A stretch of 64,000 nt of DNA from the NCBI GenBank assembly GCA_012295275.1, contig CM022673.1, positions 7,750,001 through 7,814,000 of the forward strand, given 5' to 3'. This DNA comes from Chrysomallon squamiferum. Taxonomy: Eukaryota; Animalia; Mollusca. Position 1 is the stretch's first letter. Each line of letters begins with the position of its first letter. Both the position numbers and the translations under genes were made by a program. This document shows positions 13,429 through 28,957 of the stretch, piece by piece. Below the pieces are notes generated by a model. The model was given only the letters and a program-made list of their open reading frames with translations, was not told where the DNA came from and did not search any database.

Positions 13429-14044
13429 GTTGTTGTTGTTAGTAGTAGTAGTAGCAATTCAGTAGAAATCTCAACTAAAACCGAAAAATTTCAGCATTAA
13501 ATAGTAATAAAACAAAACTCATATATGCGATATGTACAGAAGTATCTTATAACTGACAAAAGGTTTAATAATAATAATAATAATAACAGTAATAATAATA
13601 ACAACAACAACAACAATAATAACAATAACAACAACAATAATAATAACAACAATGACAGTAATAATAGTAACAACAACAACAGCAACAATAATAATAATAA
13701 TAACAGTAACTGAATTATTAAACTTGATGATGATATATATATTTAATAGTTCCAATATTATATTTATTAAAGAACAAGAGAAAAATATTTCAGAAAGAAA
13801 GAAAAAGTAAAGAAAGAAAAAAACGAAATAAAAAAGAAAGAAGAATAAAGATTATAAAAATAGGAAAAAGGAGGATGAATGAATGAATACAATAATTAAT
13901 TCACTGACTAACATATAATACATATATTTTTTATTTTCTTATTAGAACTTTTTCTATTTTCTCACAACACTGCAGTCATTACTAAATACACATAGTAAGG
14001 TAAATATATGTTCAAACAGATTTCAAAAAATATCTGTCCATCTG

Positions 14045-14087
<43 letters not shown>

Positions 14088-14618
14088 AATAACCATAGTA
14101 ACGATACTAAAAACCAGATCAAATTAAATGCATAATATGTAGCGTATTGCGGCCATGGTAAGAGTTTCGTGAGAAATATTAATGATAGATTTTATCTTCT
14201 AAAATCCCTAGGGCATAACCTTCCATTTGTCTATGCTTTTCGACAGCTTATTTCGTGTTTTGTTCAGTTTAACTCGCCCGATAGGTGACGTTCACAAGAC
14301 GTATGTGCAGTTGGTGTTACACGCATATAGATTAGCACTGCTATCATGCAAAAATAAATAATTCGATACCATATTTTTTTCATTTTACCCTGTAATTACT
14401 TTATTTTCAGCCGGAAAATCAGTTTGTGTGAATTAGTTACATTATCTTCATCCTTTATTATTAACTAAGGTTAGTTTTGACAGTCTCAGAACAGTTGCTT
14501 AGAAGTACGTAAAAAGTGGTTTCATTTTTTTTTCGTTTTTCTTCCGTATCAGTACATCGTACACGTAGATCAATTAAAAAAGTAGTAATGCAAACAAATG
14601 TATGTATGTATGTATATG

Positions 14619-14657
<39 letters not shown>

Positions 14658-15187
14658 TGAAAAAGAAGATAATGATGATGTTGTTGATACTGAGGTTGAT
14701 GATGAAGATGATGTTGATGATGATGATGAAGATGATGTTGATGATGGTGATGACTTTTCAACAATATATGATGATGATGGTTGCTAACCAGGTTAGTTCA
14801 GTATCTTTGAAAATAATGAACTCTATATTTCTTCTGTTTTATTAACAGACTCACATGTATAGAAAATATCGTATTACGATCAGATCACAGATCACAAAAC
14901 GTGATCCTTTGGAAAAGGATAAGCTCTAAATTGAACAAAATAGACATAACAAGTCTTCAGTCATGCGAAACCAACAATGGCTGCTTTCGTGTTGCAGGTG
15001 ACAACGGAAAGATAAAATTGTATTCTCCACAAGTCGCTTAGATCATGCCGTACTTTAATCATGAATATGTTTTGAAAAAAAAGGCATGAGAACAGTGTTT
15101 ATTTTTAGTAAGTTTTATTAGTCTCTGAAATGTAATTCTACGTGCAAGGCGTGATATTGTTCACTGTTAATGTCGAACGAATTATTA

Positions 15188-15243
<56 letters not shown>

Positions 15244-15504
15244 GGTTCATTAATCCGCATTTAACCTACAATGATCAAGCCAGAGATATGGAATATGCCT
15301 CCTGGATAGTCACGGGTTGCAAGTTAAACCATGGTAATAAAATAGTTCTGTTATTAAGCCAGGTGGAGAATGGAAGAGCTTTTACAGGCGACACATGAAA
15401 GATACAATTGTTGACATCTGTCACACATGTTTAACTCATTTATTTATTTGGAAGATGAATAATACACCCGTGAGTGCAGTCTGATAATGCAGCAACTAAT
15501 GTTA

Positions 15505-15631
15505 GAATTAATAATCATTCAAAATTTCAATTTCAAGTTTTGACGGAATTGGAAAATATTTTAAATGTTTTTTAATATTTTCCGATTCCGTCACATTTTG
15601 AAATTCAAGTTTTGAATGATATATTTAATTC
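15505..15631. repeat. Imperfect inverted repeat (hairpin), arms about 55 bp, short AT loop
   Basis: Left arm ...ATCATTCAAAATTTCAATTTCAAGTTTTGACGGAATTGGAAAATATT; the reverse complement of the right arm is ...ATCATTCAAAACTTGAATTTCAAAATGTGACGGAATCGGAAAATATT. Confidence 0.85.
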
Positions 15632-16103
15632 GGTTTAAAAAAACACACAAAACAATGTATGTAATATGATTTATAAAAGTATTTTTTAAGCTTTTTCAGC
15701 TGTAAATATAAACAAATAAATGTGTGTGTATGTACCTTTGCGTATTACGTAAATGTAATTTAAAGTACAAGTAACAAGGAATAATAAATAAATAAATAAA
15801 TACATATACAGATTTATCTATCTGTCTGAATCAATGTATATAATATTATCTCACGCTGGATAATAATGTGTTACAGTCAACAGGATTTCGCTTTCAAGGG
15901 ATGTAGGCATTAAGTAAGAAATAATTACTTCTTTAGGCATCATTACCATAGTGATGGGGCGCGGTCTTAATATTATAGTCTCAGTTTGTGGGAGATGATA
16001 ATAAATAAACAAGTCAGTAATGTTTAATAGTGATTAATGAGTTTTCATCTGATATTTTTAGACTAATCACGTGACTATCAAAGCATTTAGATCACCGGGG
16101 TGG

Positions 16104-16138
<35 letters not shown>

Positions 16139-16548
16139 AAAGCTATGTAACTTGAGCGATGAAGCATATTAATCGCAATTTAATGAAATAATTTTTAAAG
16201 ATGTTTCAATGCATTTTTATATTAAAGATTTCTATAATTGCATGATGAAAAAGGAAATCTTTGCCATCATTAAAAATTTCTATTATTGATTAGAAACATT
16301 AGATCTAAGCACTTTTGTAAAGAAAGGAAAGTACAGGCGATATTTTTTTTAACATAATATTTCAATCATTCAGCTAGAGACAGCTTCGGATATGTTTGTG
16401 GGAACGTTATATTTATAGAAATTTAAATGAACGATTATTCATCTTCGCTGTATTAGAAAGAAAAAGTGTTTGTAATATAAATGATTAGCAATAATTTTCT
16501 GTAAAAAATGTCAAGGCAGTAAACAACTACACATGCACACATACACAC

Positions 16549-16609
<61 letters not shown>

Positions 16610-17102
16610 AATAGTAGTAGTAGTAGTAGTAACAACACTAGCAGTAATAGCTTGCTGTGTACGCTATGTAAAATATTAGTCGAAATCAACCGAGGAGTTC
16701 CGAATAACACTGTGACGTCAACAATACCTAAACGTCACGTTGGATTACCATAATTGCTCTCCCGTTTCTTTTTACTTTTCAGATTTTCCAACTTTTTATT
16801 TCAGGTATGAACTATTTTTATTTCTGCTAATACTACTAATATTAGTTTTAAAATAATTATGAATCACTACCGAATAAATCTATTTTCTATGATAAAACCA
16901 GTTTGATCATCTGTCAAAAGAAATTTCGAATTACATATTGTAGAAACTATCCCTAGATATTTAACACAAAATTCTTTAATCGAGCAAAAGCGTTGCTATA
17001 ATGTATTGGCTGCATATATTTATTTTATTTTATTTTATTTTATTTTATTTCAATTTATTTCAATTTATTTTTATTTTTTTTTTTTTTTTATTTAGTCATT
17101 TA

Positions 17103-17237
17103 TGACAAACGTTTCAAACTGATGTTTTTAAATAATATTATTCGTTCCTGACAGAATTTGTTTTAAATAATTAAATAAACAAATTCGGTTAAGAACGAAT
17201 ACTGTTATTTTAAAATATCAGTTTGAAACGTTTGTCA
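17103..17237. repeat. Imperfect inverted repeat (hairpin), 61-bp arms, 13-nt loop
   Basis: TGACAAACGTTTCAAACTGAT...GAATTTGTTT pairs with AAACAAATTC...ATCAGTTTGAAACGTTTGTCA; 7 mismatches, no gaps, outer 21 bp perfect. Confidence 0.9.
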
Positions 17238-17378
17238 CTTTATATTTGTATCTAATAAAGTATTTTTAATACACTGACCAGTAATTATTTTATTTTAGTA
17301 ATAATTTTCAGCTTATATCAACTTCAGTTATACATTAAAACTGTTGTTCATCGAACATTATTTTCTTTTTCTTCTTCT

Positions 17379-17438
<60 letters not shown>

Positions 17439-18006
17439 GATGAAAACTTTTAGGTTCAGTTTTTAAAATAGAATCTATAGTCGATGCGCTTCTTTTGATT
17501 GTCGCTCAGTCTGTTTTGAATTCTTGCTCGAATCCATGAACGAAAAGGATGTACTTTTTCGTCTTCATTTTCGTATAAAAATTCAAAATTAAATAAAAAC
17601 CACATTTTAAAGAGCTGTGCAAAAAAAATAAAAAAATAAAAAAAAAATAAATATCACACTTTAATTAAATTAAGATGTATAGTAAAAGTTTCTGACGCGA
17701 CAAAAGCAGAATATGAGCAGCATCAGGTAAGTAATGCAAATAACGTCGTTTACCCACAATCCACTGCGCACATCTCGCTTCATTCGTCTCGCTTTAGATG
17801 TTATCGGAGTTTGTGATCTTTGTTTAACTGTATCAGATTTATTCGCGCTATCCTTTAACAGTGACGACGGCTAAATCGTGTGAAAGAGAAGCCGCAGTTT
17901 CATTGGTTTGAAGTTAAGCTAGACGCGATAGAACGCATGATTATAACAGGCGATCAAGCAGCAGATATTTCGAGACATCATATCTAGTCCCCAGTCACTG
18001 AGCATA

Positions 18007-18061
<55 letters not shown>

Positions 18062-18723
18062 GATTCTTAATCGCTGTTAGAAATTGCCACGAAAATTCAT
18101 CACTCCCCCGTCATTTATTACACATTTATTGGTGTTTGTATGTAGACCACGGTATATTTACGCAAGTTTGAGTGGGCTGCAGTTTGCCAATGTCTGGTGT
18201 TTGTCGTTTCGTTTTATTCGTCGTTTTTTTTTTTTTTCGTGGTAGGTATTGACGACAAACACCGAAGATCCCCGATAATATATAATTCTCAGTTTAATGA
18301 GATGATCATTCTTGCTGTTTTGTCACAGATATTCCTTAGAAGTTCAGAATTATTTTAATACTAAATATCATTTACCCTATAGCATCGACATTTTTAGAAG
18401 AAATAAAAACATTTTCGTACCTGAAATATATAAATTGGACCCTCCGAAAAGCCAAAAAAGACAACAAAGCATGAATTAACAAACGTTGGGAACTCCTCGG
18501 TTAATTTCAACTAAAATTGAGATTTGTTTACTCAGCGAACTACTACTACTACTATTACGACCATCACTATCACTAAAAACAACAACAACAACAACAACAA
18601 CAATTTAACATTTATAGTTATTAACTAATTTTCAGTTAAATATTCTTCGTCCGAATTTTTAAAATTAATTTACTATTATCATCGTCTACACTGTCATCAC
18701 GGTCATCATCATCATCATTATCA

Positions 18724-18757
<34 letters not shown>

Positions 18758-18759
18758 CA

Positions 18760-18791
<32 letters not shown>

Positions 18792-19079
18792 TCTATTGTT
18801 GTTTTTGTTATTCTAATCATTATCATATCCGGTTTTCTCTGCTTTCTTCCGGTTTGTCGAACTGTAAGCAGATGTAAATTAATTTATTGAAATTGTCGAG
18901 GAAAACAACTCACTCTCAGAATGCTCAACACTTTGATGTGTTTGACAAGCTCATTACGAATGATAACAGTGCCTATCATTATGATAGTTCATATCAGTGA
19001 CTGGTACTTATATATCGACCACTTGACAAGTTTACTTATTTAAACTCTTGTTGTTTCTTCTGAGTACATCTATCTGTAC

Positions 19080-19135
<56 letters not shown>

Positions 19136-19685
19136 CGTTGACTTTGGTCTATATATTAGAATATATAATTAAATAATTATGAAAATAAATATTATTTCGT
19201 TATGTATGTATATATATATATGTGTATATGTCAATGTGTGAGTGTGTCAATAAGTGTATATGTTTGTGAATGTGTATATACAACAAACACACTTACAGTT
19301 TAATTCGTATATATATCTCAGTTTGGTATATCAAATCAATTATCCAGTTTAATTAATCGAAATACCATGACATATTCTTAAACAAAAAAAATAAGTTTTT
19401 AAAAATTTATAAATAAAAATAAATAAATTTATAAATGATAAAAATAAAAAAAAAAAAGAGAATATAAAGAAATAAACTGATTTTGTTAAAATGTATTTAT
19501 TTTGGAGATCAGACAGATTATTTTAACGCCTTTGGCTGGAGTTAAGCCTTTATCGACTCCTTCAGTTTCAGTGTGGTACATATCGTAGAAGTACTACGCT
19601 CATACTGTCGACTATTTCGGTCATGTTTTTCTATGAATTCATGCTTTAATTCAATGGACTTCTTCTTCTTCTCAGAACTGTCCTT

Positions 19686-19801
19686 TGCACTCACTCGCTC
19701 GTAACTCGGATTTTGGCTCGCAACTCAAATAAAAAATCGACCGGGCGACTGCCCGTAACTCGAAAAACTCGTAAGTTGGGCACTCATAATTCAAGGTATC
19801 A

Positions 19802-19805
<4 letters not shown>
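19686..19805. mobile_element. Probable remnant (one end) of a pogo/Tigger-like non-autonomous DNA transposon
   Basis: Repeated CTCGTAACTCG-type submotifs end in CAAGGTATCACTG, resembling the GAGGTAYCACTG-TA terminus I recall for Tigger-derived MITEs. The other terminus was not found. Confidence 0.4.
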
Positions 19806-19888
<83 letters not shown>

Positions 19889-19962
19889 AAAGAGAGAGAG
19901 AGAGAGATTTGATTTTCGTGTCTGTGTTAATATTTTACAAACATAATTATATCGTTATTTGA

Positions 19963-20029
<67 letters not shown>

Positions 20030-20446
20030 CTCTTGCTTTTATTTTTTTCTGTCTTTTTTGCGCACACATAAACATACATACCCACTTTGTATTTATCCAC
20101 GAGTAATGGCATTGTCCGAGACAAAATTTCAAACAATCAAATTATCAACATGTCGTAGGAGAAAATAAAACAAGCTTTATCACTTCTAACGCGCACGAGA
20201 CTGCTCATAATTAAGTTATATGAATGTAATAACTTCGTAATGAAATAACTATAAATAAATCTAAGAAGTGGGATAATGGGATTTAGTTTTGAATGTCAGA
20301 TCGTTTAGATAATTTAACTCTATAAATAGCGGATTTAGTTTAGTTCATATTTTATTATTCTGTACTTACGGTGTACTTTTATTATGCAGATATTAAAAAA
20401 AAAAAAAAAGAAAAAAAGAGTTCAGATTTTGTTTTGTTTATTTTGT

Positions 20447-20477
<31 letters not shown>

Positions 20478-20669
20478 TTTTTTTTTTTTTTTTTTTTTTT
20501 TTAATATTTTAATTTTTTTTTTTTATTATAATTATTATTATCTCTAAAATTTTATATTAATCTATGAGAGTACAAGAGAGGATTGGTCAGTTAGAAAGTT
20601 AGTGAGTGAAAAAGATGAATAGAGACCTCATACAAAGACGAAAGACTAAAGACTGCATGCATCTTCAGT

Positions 20670-20705
<36 letters not shown>

Positions 20706-20756
20706 CATAATAATACACATATAGAGTAAAAGCGGTATATTTTTACTTAATTCAGT

Positions 20757-20943
<187 letters not shown>

Positions 20944-21230
20944 GATGCTGTTGCTGTTGTTTTTATTATTATTATTAATACTACTGTAGTTATTATTTTC
21001 CTCTTTTATTTCAAAAATTGTTCATTATTGTTATTATACAGCAGTTTTTCTTACAGAAGAAAATGATAATTTTATAAAAGAACATAAACCCAGAAATTAG
21101 TATCTTTTGATCTTCCGGCTATCAGAAATACAAATTAAAAAAATAATTAAAAAAAATAAAATCTTTCTCTCTCTCTTTCTATATTTGTTTAACTTTTTAT
21201 ATCTTCTACATAACTGTTTATCAGTCTGTC

Positions 21231-21368
<138 letters not shown>

Positions 21369-23429
21369 TCTCTCTCTCTATCTCTCTCTCTTATTCTCTC
21401 TCGTTACTGTTTCAACACTGACCGCAGTCAACCCGATACTTTGTTATTAAGTTTAGTTAGAATTAACGTGATTATAATCTATCCACATAACTGTTCCGTC
21501 TTCTCCACATAACGTATTTACTGTATTTCTTTGACAAGGCCATTGCATCGTATACTGCACCTCGATTGGACATTCCTTCATAAACAGACGAAACTTTAGC
21601 CCAAAATCAATAAAAATCCTTCACGTTTATCGTCTGTTTTGATTAAAAGTATTCAGGGCACACACTTGTTTTCATAGATGCAAATATCCGTAGGTGGCTT
21701 TACCATTCTTAATGACATGAAACGAATCAGCGTCTCTGTACATCGTCTTATAATCTCGGAGTCCAATCTTGATTTCCTCTACGCTACGGTTTCGATAATA
21801 TAATTGACATAACTGACATATGGTCGTGAGAAGTGAGAAACAGAAAGACAATTAGAGAGAGAAACGTTTACAATGCAAAGTGAATGCATACATACATCCA
21901 TGCATCTGTCCATTCATCTATATATATTTTTTTTCATACACATACGTACGTACATATATACATATAAGCAATCATACACACGTACATACATAGTACATAC
22001 TTATATATACATACATACATATAGAGACATAAATTCATACACATATATAAACATACGTGCATACATACATACACATATACGTACATAAATATATACACAT
22101 ATGTACGTACGTCCGTACATACACACAGAAACATATATATATATATATGTTCTAACACACAAAAGAAGAAAAAATAGCCGACAGAAATACAGTCATTGAA
22201 ATAAATAAAGTTTAAACAAATAAACATTTTTTGGTCAATACAGTCGGATTCAAGTATCGAATAAACAAGATACGTTTTAGGTTTCCAAGTCTGAAGAGCC
22301 TCTCACAATTTAGAACTTATTTTTTTATCCCTTTTTCTTTCTAATCCGTTGCTTAACATGGCTTCCTGTAGCTTATGATCTCGTCATGTTTAAATTAGTC
22401 TTTAGTGTTTTTAACGTTAGCTTTGTTACAGAAATAGACAAATAAGCCAAATAACAAGTAGTTTTACAAAAGATGTTTGTCCTATGGAAATTATGGAATT
22501 TTATAATATTTTTATTATTATTTTTTTTTAAATATGAAAGTTTTAATGACAGCTGCTGAACAAGAACTGTTTGCACTAAATTATCCGAATACATCCACAT
22601 TTTTATTACTGTTAAAAATATTACACACTACTGTTATATATGTAATTACTTTTACAGACAGGTCTAAATAACAAATATGTAAATGGATGTGTTAAATCAT
22701 CTCAAAAATCCCATGTGATTATGAAAATTAAAGTATATATATACAGTTACAGGAACCAGACCAGTTATCAGGCTTCCAGAGAAGAGGGTCTAGAGTTGTA
22801 TTAATCTGTATCTTTTAAACCCAGTGTTATTCTTTACTTTTCATTGTTTTTCTAATAGAGAATTGTTTTTAGTTTATTTTTATTTTGTTTGCTTTACGAT
22901 TTTTTTTTTTTTTTTATAGTTCGTGTTTCCGTTTGTTTGTCTGTACGTGCATCACTGTCTATACGTTTCTAACATGTCTTCCTCTAGAATTATTTTCTTG
23001 CATTACTAATATACATACATTTAATCATACACATACAAGTTTATAATTACGGACATTATACACGTTCATGCATATTTATCTAAAATTAAATATGATTTTC
23101 ATCATATCATAATCATTGTCATTATCATCATTATTATCATCAATTTTTTATTATTACTCATCTCTCTTTTTTTTCTTTCTTTCTTTTCCTTCTAATATCT
23201 TTGTCAAAATATGTTGTACAAAGACTAATATACTAATTTATTCTGTCTGTCTGTAGCTTTGTCTTTCTGTCTGTCTGTCTGTCTGGTCTATTCGTTTATC
23301 TGTTTATCTGTCTATATATTCATTCATCCATCTATCATTCTTTCTATTTCTTTGAATGTTTGCTTATCTCTTTATTTGACTATATTTGAATATAGACAGA
23401 TGGACAGAGAGGGATAGCAATACAGACAG

Positions 23430-23738
<309 letters not shown>

Positions 23739-25256
23739 TATAAATTAGTTTATATATAATTGGCTTTAAAAAATGTCCAATGATATCTGCGTGTGCTTTC
23801 AGACTATCTTGTTATCTGTTTGCATTCGAGAATAGGACTGAATCGAGTAATTAAATGTGTATTTAACGAGAAGTATTTCACGCTTTTCTCCAGCGTAGCG
23901 CTATTCAAATTACTCATAACTCGAAACTAAAATCAGCAGGAGTCGACGAAATGAAATAAAAACGTTCTTTTACGATGGATGGACGACCTTGGTCACACCA
24001 AGACAGACACCTCGTTGACTTCAGCGTCTGTCAGATTCATTGATGTGCAATTTGAAGGAAATATAAATATTTTAGTATCTGCCTCGTTTGTCGTAGTGTA
24101 ATAATAACTCGAGATCGAAATAAGGTCAAGTACACTAGACGTGCTTTACCACTAGTAGCACTTGTGAGAAAATATTGTACATCGTGCAGATGAGGTTTTG
24201 TATTTTCTCAAGAAATGAAGAAACACTTGACTTTGGTTTTAATGAAAACAAATATTCGGTATAGCCTGTTTAAACTTTGACAGGATTATACACAGTGGAT
24301 ATGTTTACTTCTTTATCTATCATTTTTTTTATTCCTGCAATTATGTATGTTGTATTATGTATGTTTGATTATGTATGTATGTATGTATGTATGTATGTAT
24401 GTATGTGTGTATGTATGTATGTATGTATGTATGTATGTACGTACGTATATATGTATGTATGTATGTATGTGTGATTATATGTACGTATGTATGTACATGT
24501 GTGTGAGTCTATGTATACATGCTTGCATTTAGCTATGGAGGTAACTATCTGCCACATATGTTTTTCTGTCTGTCTAAAGATCTGTTTGTCTTTTGGTCAC
24601 TCTGTCCGCCTCACTGCCTCTCTTCTTACTAACTATCATATTTTTATATAACTATCTGAACTCAGTAAATACGACAATTTAATAATAATAAATAATCATC
24701 GTAATGATGATGATGATGATGAAAATGACGACTTTGTAGTCTGGAAAAGAACATGAAAGAGAGAAAAAAAAAAAAAAAAAAACAAAAAAAAAAAAAAAAA
24801 TTTTATTAGTGACCCCGTAGTTAATTACATCAATACCCAGAAAACTAAATTCAAATTGTCTGTGAGATAACTTTTCCATGAAGTCTAATTTAAAACTCAG
24901 AATAACTAGGATTAAGTAACTATCTACAGTCATACTAATACAAATTGTAAGTATGGTCATCTTCAACATGATTCAACATTTTGCATAAATACCATACGTC
25001 TGCAGCCTTACCTTAGATAATTTATTGTCAGACGAACAAAATGAACGATGCAACGTTTCGAACACTGAACCCAGTTATTTTTGTGTCATCAGTTAACAAA
25101 ATCGGTCGAATAATTATAATGTCACTGGAAAAAACGACCTTTAACCAGTCAAGTTATCCGAGCCAGTAGTTTGTCATTTATGATTTCGAAAGTTCCCTGT
25201 TAAAATTAATTTTAGCTCCCTTGTTCAAGGGTGTTAATAAGAAAACGTGGACAGTG

Positions 25257-25321
25257 AAATTTAAAATTTGAAATTTGAAATTTAAAAATTGAAATTTAAA
25301 ATTTGAAATTTAAAATTTAAA
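25257..25321. repeat. 7-bp tandem repeat (RAAATTT)n, about 9 copies
   Basis: GAAATTT AAAATTT GAAATTT GAAATTT AAAAATT GAAATTT... Confidence 0.8.
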
Positions 25322-26775
25322 TGCGCAAAGAAATACAATAATTATAATACTGGTGAAATTTTTTTATTATTGTGTACTAAATATTTTTTTAAAATCCAAT
25401 CAGGAAGCAAAAAAAAGTAAAAAAACACACACACACACACAAAAAAAAAAAAAAAAAGCAATAAAGCAAAACAAACAAACAAACAAATAAACAGAGAAAA
25501 AATAAAAAAAATAAAATAAAATTAGCTGTTGATGAGAAACCAGCTATATAATTTATGTGGCCTAAAGTTTTAACATTTTGTATTATCGATCAGATAATTA
25601 ACTGTGAGATGGTTATGGTAGTGACAATGATGATAATAATAACGAAGCTGATATGTAGGATCGTAATGAAGCTCATATACAGGATTCAATTTGCAGGTTT
25701 CACTGAAAAATAAGCACTGTTAGTGTTTATATATCTAAACAATATGTCTGTTTTTATATGACTTTATGACAAACAGTGATGAAAAAAAAAAAAAAAAAAA
25801 AAAGAATTTAATAAAAGTAGACATTTTTTAAAAGTTAAATTTAGTTCGTTTTTTATTTTTTATAACTATTTATTTTTTTTAAAACTTTTCTTGCTTATTA
25901 TTTTATTTTATTTTATTTATTATATTTATTTTCATTTTTTATTTATTTTTATTTATATTTTTATTTTTATTTATTTTTGTTTTTATTTTTATTTTTATTT
26001 GTTTGTTTGTTTGAATGATTATCTGAAGGCGAAACATTCATATCGATCATTCGCAGTGGAAAAAAATTCTGGTGTTTTCGATAGTCACAAAATGCATAAA
26101 CACATTTTGATTAACTAGACACACTGTTGTAGTGAAAAAGGTTCGTTCCTGCATTCCATCACTCCTTATACCAAACTCCAATACGTGATAACATGTTATT
26201 TATCCACAATATACTACAAATAACATAAATCCGATACTTTTATATGCGTTTGATGTTTTATTTATTACTTCGGTACTTTATTTATTAACATTTTATCAAT
26301 CTTCTTTCCTTTTTGGTGTGAATATGGTGAAAAAATTGTTATATTTATTTATGTTTTTATATCGCTGAAACGTGATGTGGTTTCAAAAAATGGTTTTATC
26401 AGTTATTTGATCTCATTCAGCGCAGCTGTTGTTAAATTCACATGTGAAATAAACGATATAGGAACTTATAAAGTTACATATTGCAATCACTGTTAGAAAA
26501 TATACGTATATGCTGTTATCTTGTACAGAAGACCGAATTAAAATAAACGCAGATTTAGTATTAATTAATATTCGACAAGACTCAAGCATTCTTTACCTTT
26601 GCTCTTTATCAGCTGTCCTTCTTCGTGTACTGAAGTAGTCTGGTAATTTGATAGAAGTACTTTACTTGGATCAGCGCCAATTTGAAACTTAAAAGATTTA
26701 TAGACTTACACAACCTTTGGCCTGTTTTACCACAAAACTAATTTGCTGCTGAAGTGTTTGTGATGACTGGCACTT

Positions 26776-26807
<32 letters not shown>

Positions 26808-28442
26808 TATCTGTTTTGTAACTGTTCGTCTTGCAAGCCTGTTTTCATATTTATCAATAAGCTTCTTCCTTAAATATATTTAACTAACCTAAAATAACCG
26901 ATTTTCAAAGACGTATAACTAGTCCTTCGTGACGTACAAATTGGATTTTGGAAAGTGCAATGTATCTGTGTTGAGGTCCGACTGTACTGGTTTATCTAGT
27001 TTGTGACAATCACTGTTAGAAGCACGATAGGGAAACTTTTAAATTATAAAAAGAGCAACTTATCAAGTACGCATTTATCAGCCAAAAAAAAAACGAGGAA
27101 GTGTTTGCATTTTTGTAATCATTGTCATACGCTGGTTTAAAAAAAAAAAAAAAAAAAAAGTACTCCAGAATGCCTGACCTTGACACAAATTCAGCTTTCA
27201 TTTGAGCGGTTTGTCTAAGTGATATGTAAAACAAACCATTTTGAAACAGCAAGGTCGTGGAAATGCAATCAGTCTACAATTACGGACAATCACTGGTTCT
27301 TACATTTATGTGCCCATTTTCTGTTCGGCCGAAAAGTCAAACCGACAGTTAAACTCTTCGTATCTAACTCTTGTTGATTTAGTTCTTATTTAGTTGTCTG
27401 GGCCGTGTTTTCGAAATACCACGCTTCCGATTTCGAATGTGTCGCTGTTATTATTTCGTTCATTTCAACACAAAGATAATGATATCAATCTTTCTGGACA
27501 CTGTTCACGTTCTGGTTGAATTTAATCTTGAAGTTAAAATGTCAAGGACATTCAGCCCTATTTTAAAATCTTTTTTGACAGAAGAATTAAACAGAAGTGT
27601 GGTAAGTCACGTCTCGTCAAGTCTGTTTTGTGTTGTATTACTGTGTAAACCATTCAGTTTTTAACCTGCAAATTCATTTTAAATTCAAAGGCTTGCAATA
27701 TTGTAAAAATATTGAAATACATACGTTCAATAAAAAATATAACAGTAATTTTTCATATTGTGCATGCATGAATTTTAAAATAAATGCCACCCATACACAC
27801 CCATACTCACATGCACTACAGATATGTTGCACTTTCCAAATTCAGTTTCTTTGAAAATCAAAATATCTTAGGAATATCAGTTATCTTAGGTTAGTAATAT
27901 ATATTTTATTTATTTATTTGTTTATTGGATATCAGAAACTAGAATTTATTTTGACAAATGATAATACAGTGTATGTCTATATATATATATACTGGGGACA
28001 AGTTTGTTATGTATGTTTAAATGTGATATGAAAATCAAATCACTTTAACTCCAAAACACACTGTGTTATCTATTACCAGTCTAAATTCTAGTTTCTGATA
28101 TCCAACAGCATGAAATAAATAAATAAATAAATAAAATACAAAAGAACGATAGCAATAAGATTAAAGTGAAAACTGGAAACACAAAAGACGTTTCATTTCG
28201 ATGTTTTCTTAAACACCAACATTTATCAGTCAGTAGGTCAAAACAGAAAAACTGGCAGAGACAGAGAGATGGTGAGAGAGAGGGAGAGAAGAAATGAAAT
28301 GAAAGACAGAAATATGACAAAGAGAGAATAAATACCAGCAACATATTAATCATTTTAGGAAATGACATGTTTAGCAAAGACAGATGAATTATCAGAGAGA
28401 ATCAACAGAAAAATACAAAAAAAAATAACAACAACAAAACAC

Positions 28443-28491
<49 letters not shown>

Positions 28492-28911
28492 CAAAGAAAT
28501 GAAAGAACACATTACGGTGAAAGCTAGAAAGAAAGACAACATTTTTTTTTACAGACCTTTACGAAAGGTTAATTGTTATTAAATAATAAACAAACAAAAA
28601 ATAAAATGTCATTCCTATTCTGTCAAATATGTCAGTTTTTATCTCGCTAACTCTGTTTTGTTTTGCTTTTGAAATCATCTTATTTAATTGTTCGGCTTGA
28701 TTTTGTCAGAAATTAGTTGCCAGTTTTAATGTCCACAGGATTTTCAGGTGATGCCGTGTTCGGTGTTTTCACTGAATAAAATATCTTGTTTAAGCAGACG
28801 TAGTCCTACAGTTATTTCTAACAGCAGGGTTCCAGAATGAGTTCTTGTAAAAACAAATTGTAATACTGACGTCTCAGTGTCATTGACATCAACAACAACA
28901 ACAACAACAGC

Positions 28912-28957
<46 letters not shown>

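Noticed and set aside
14602-14787. Acidic DDEDD-rich ORF
   Set aside because: Degenerate (GAT)n repeat next to (AT)n; no exon context.
17493-17514. TTTTGATTGTCGCTCAG resembles the 5' part of miR-315
   Set aside because: The 3' end differs and the flanking sequence does not form a precursor hairpin; probably chance.
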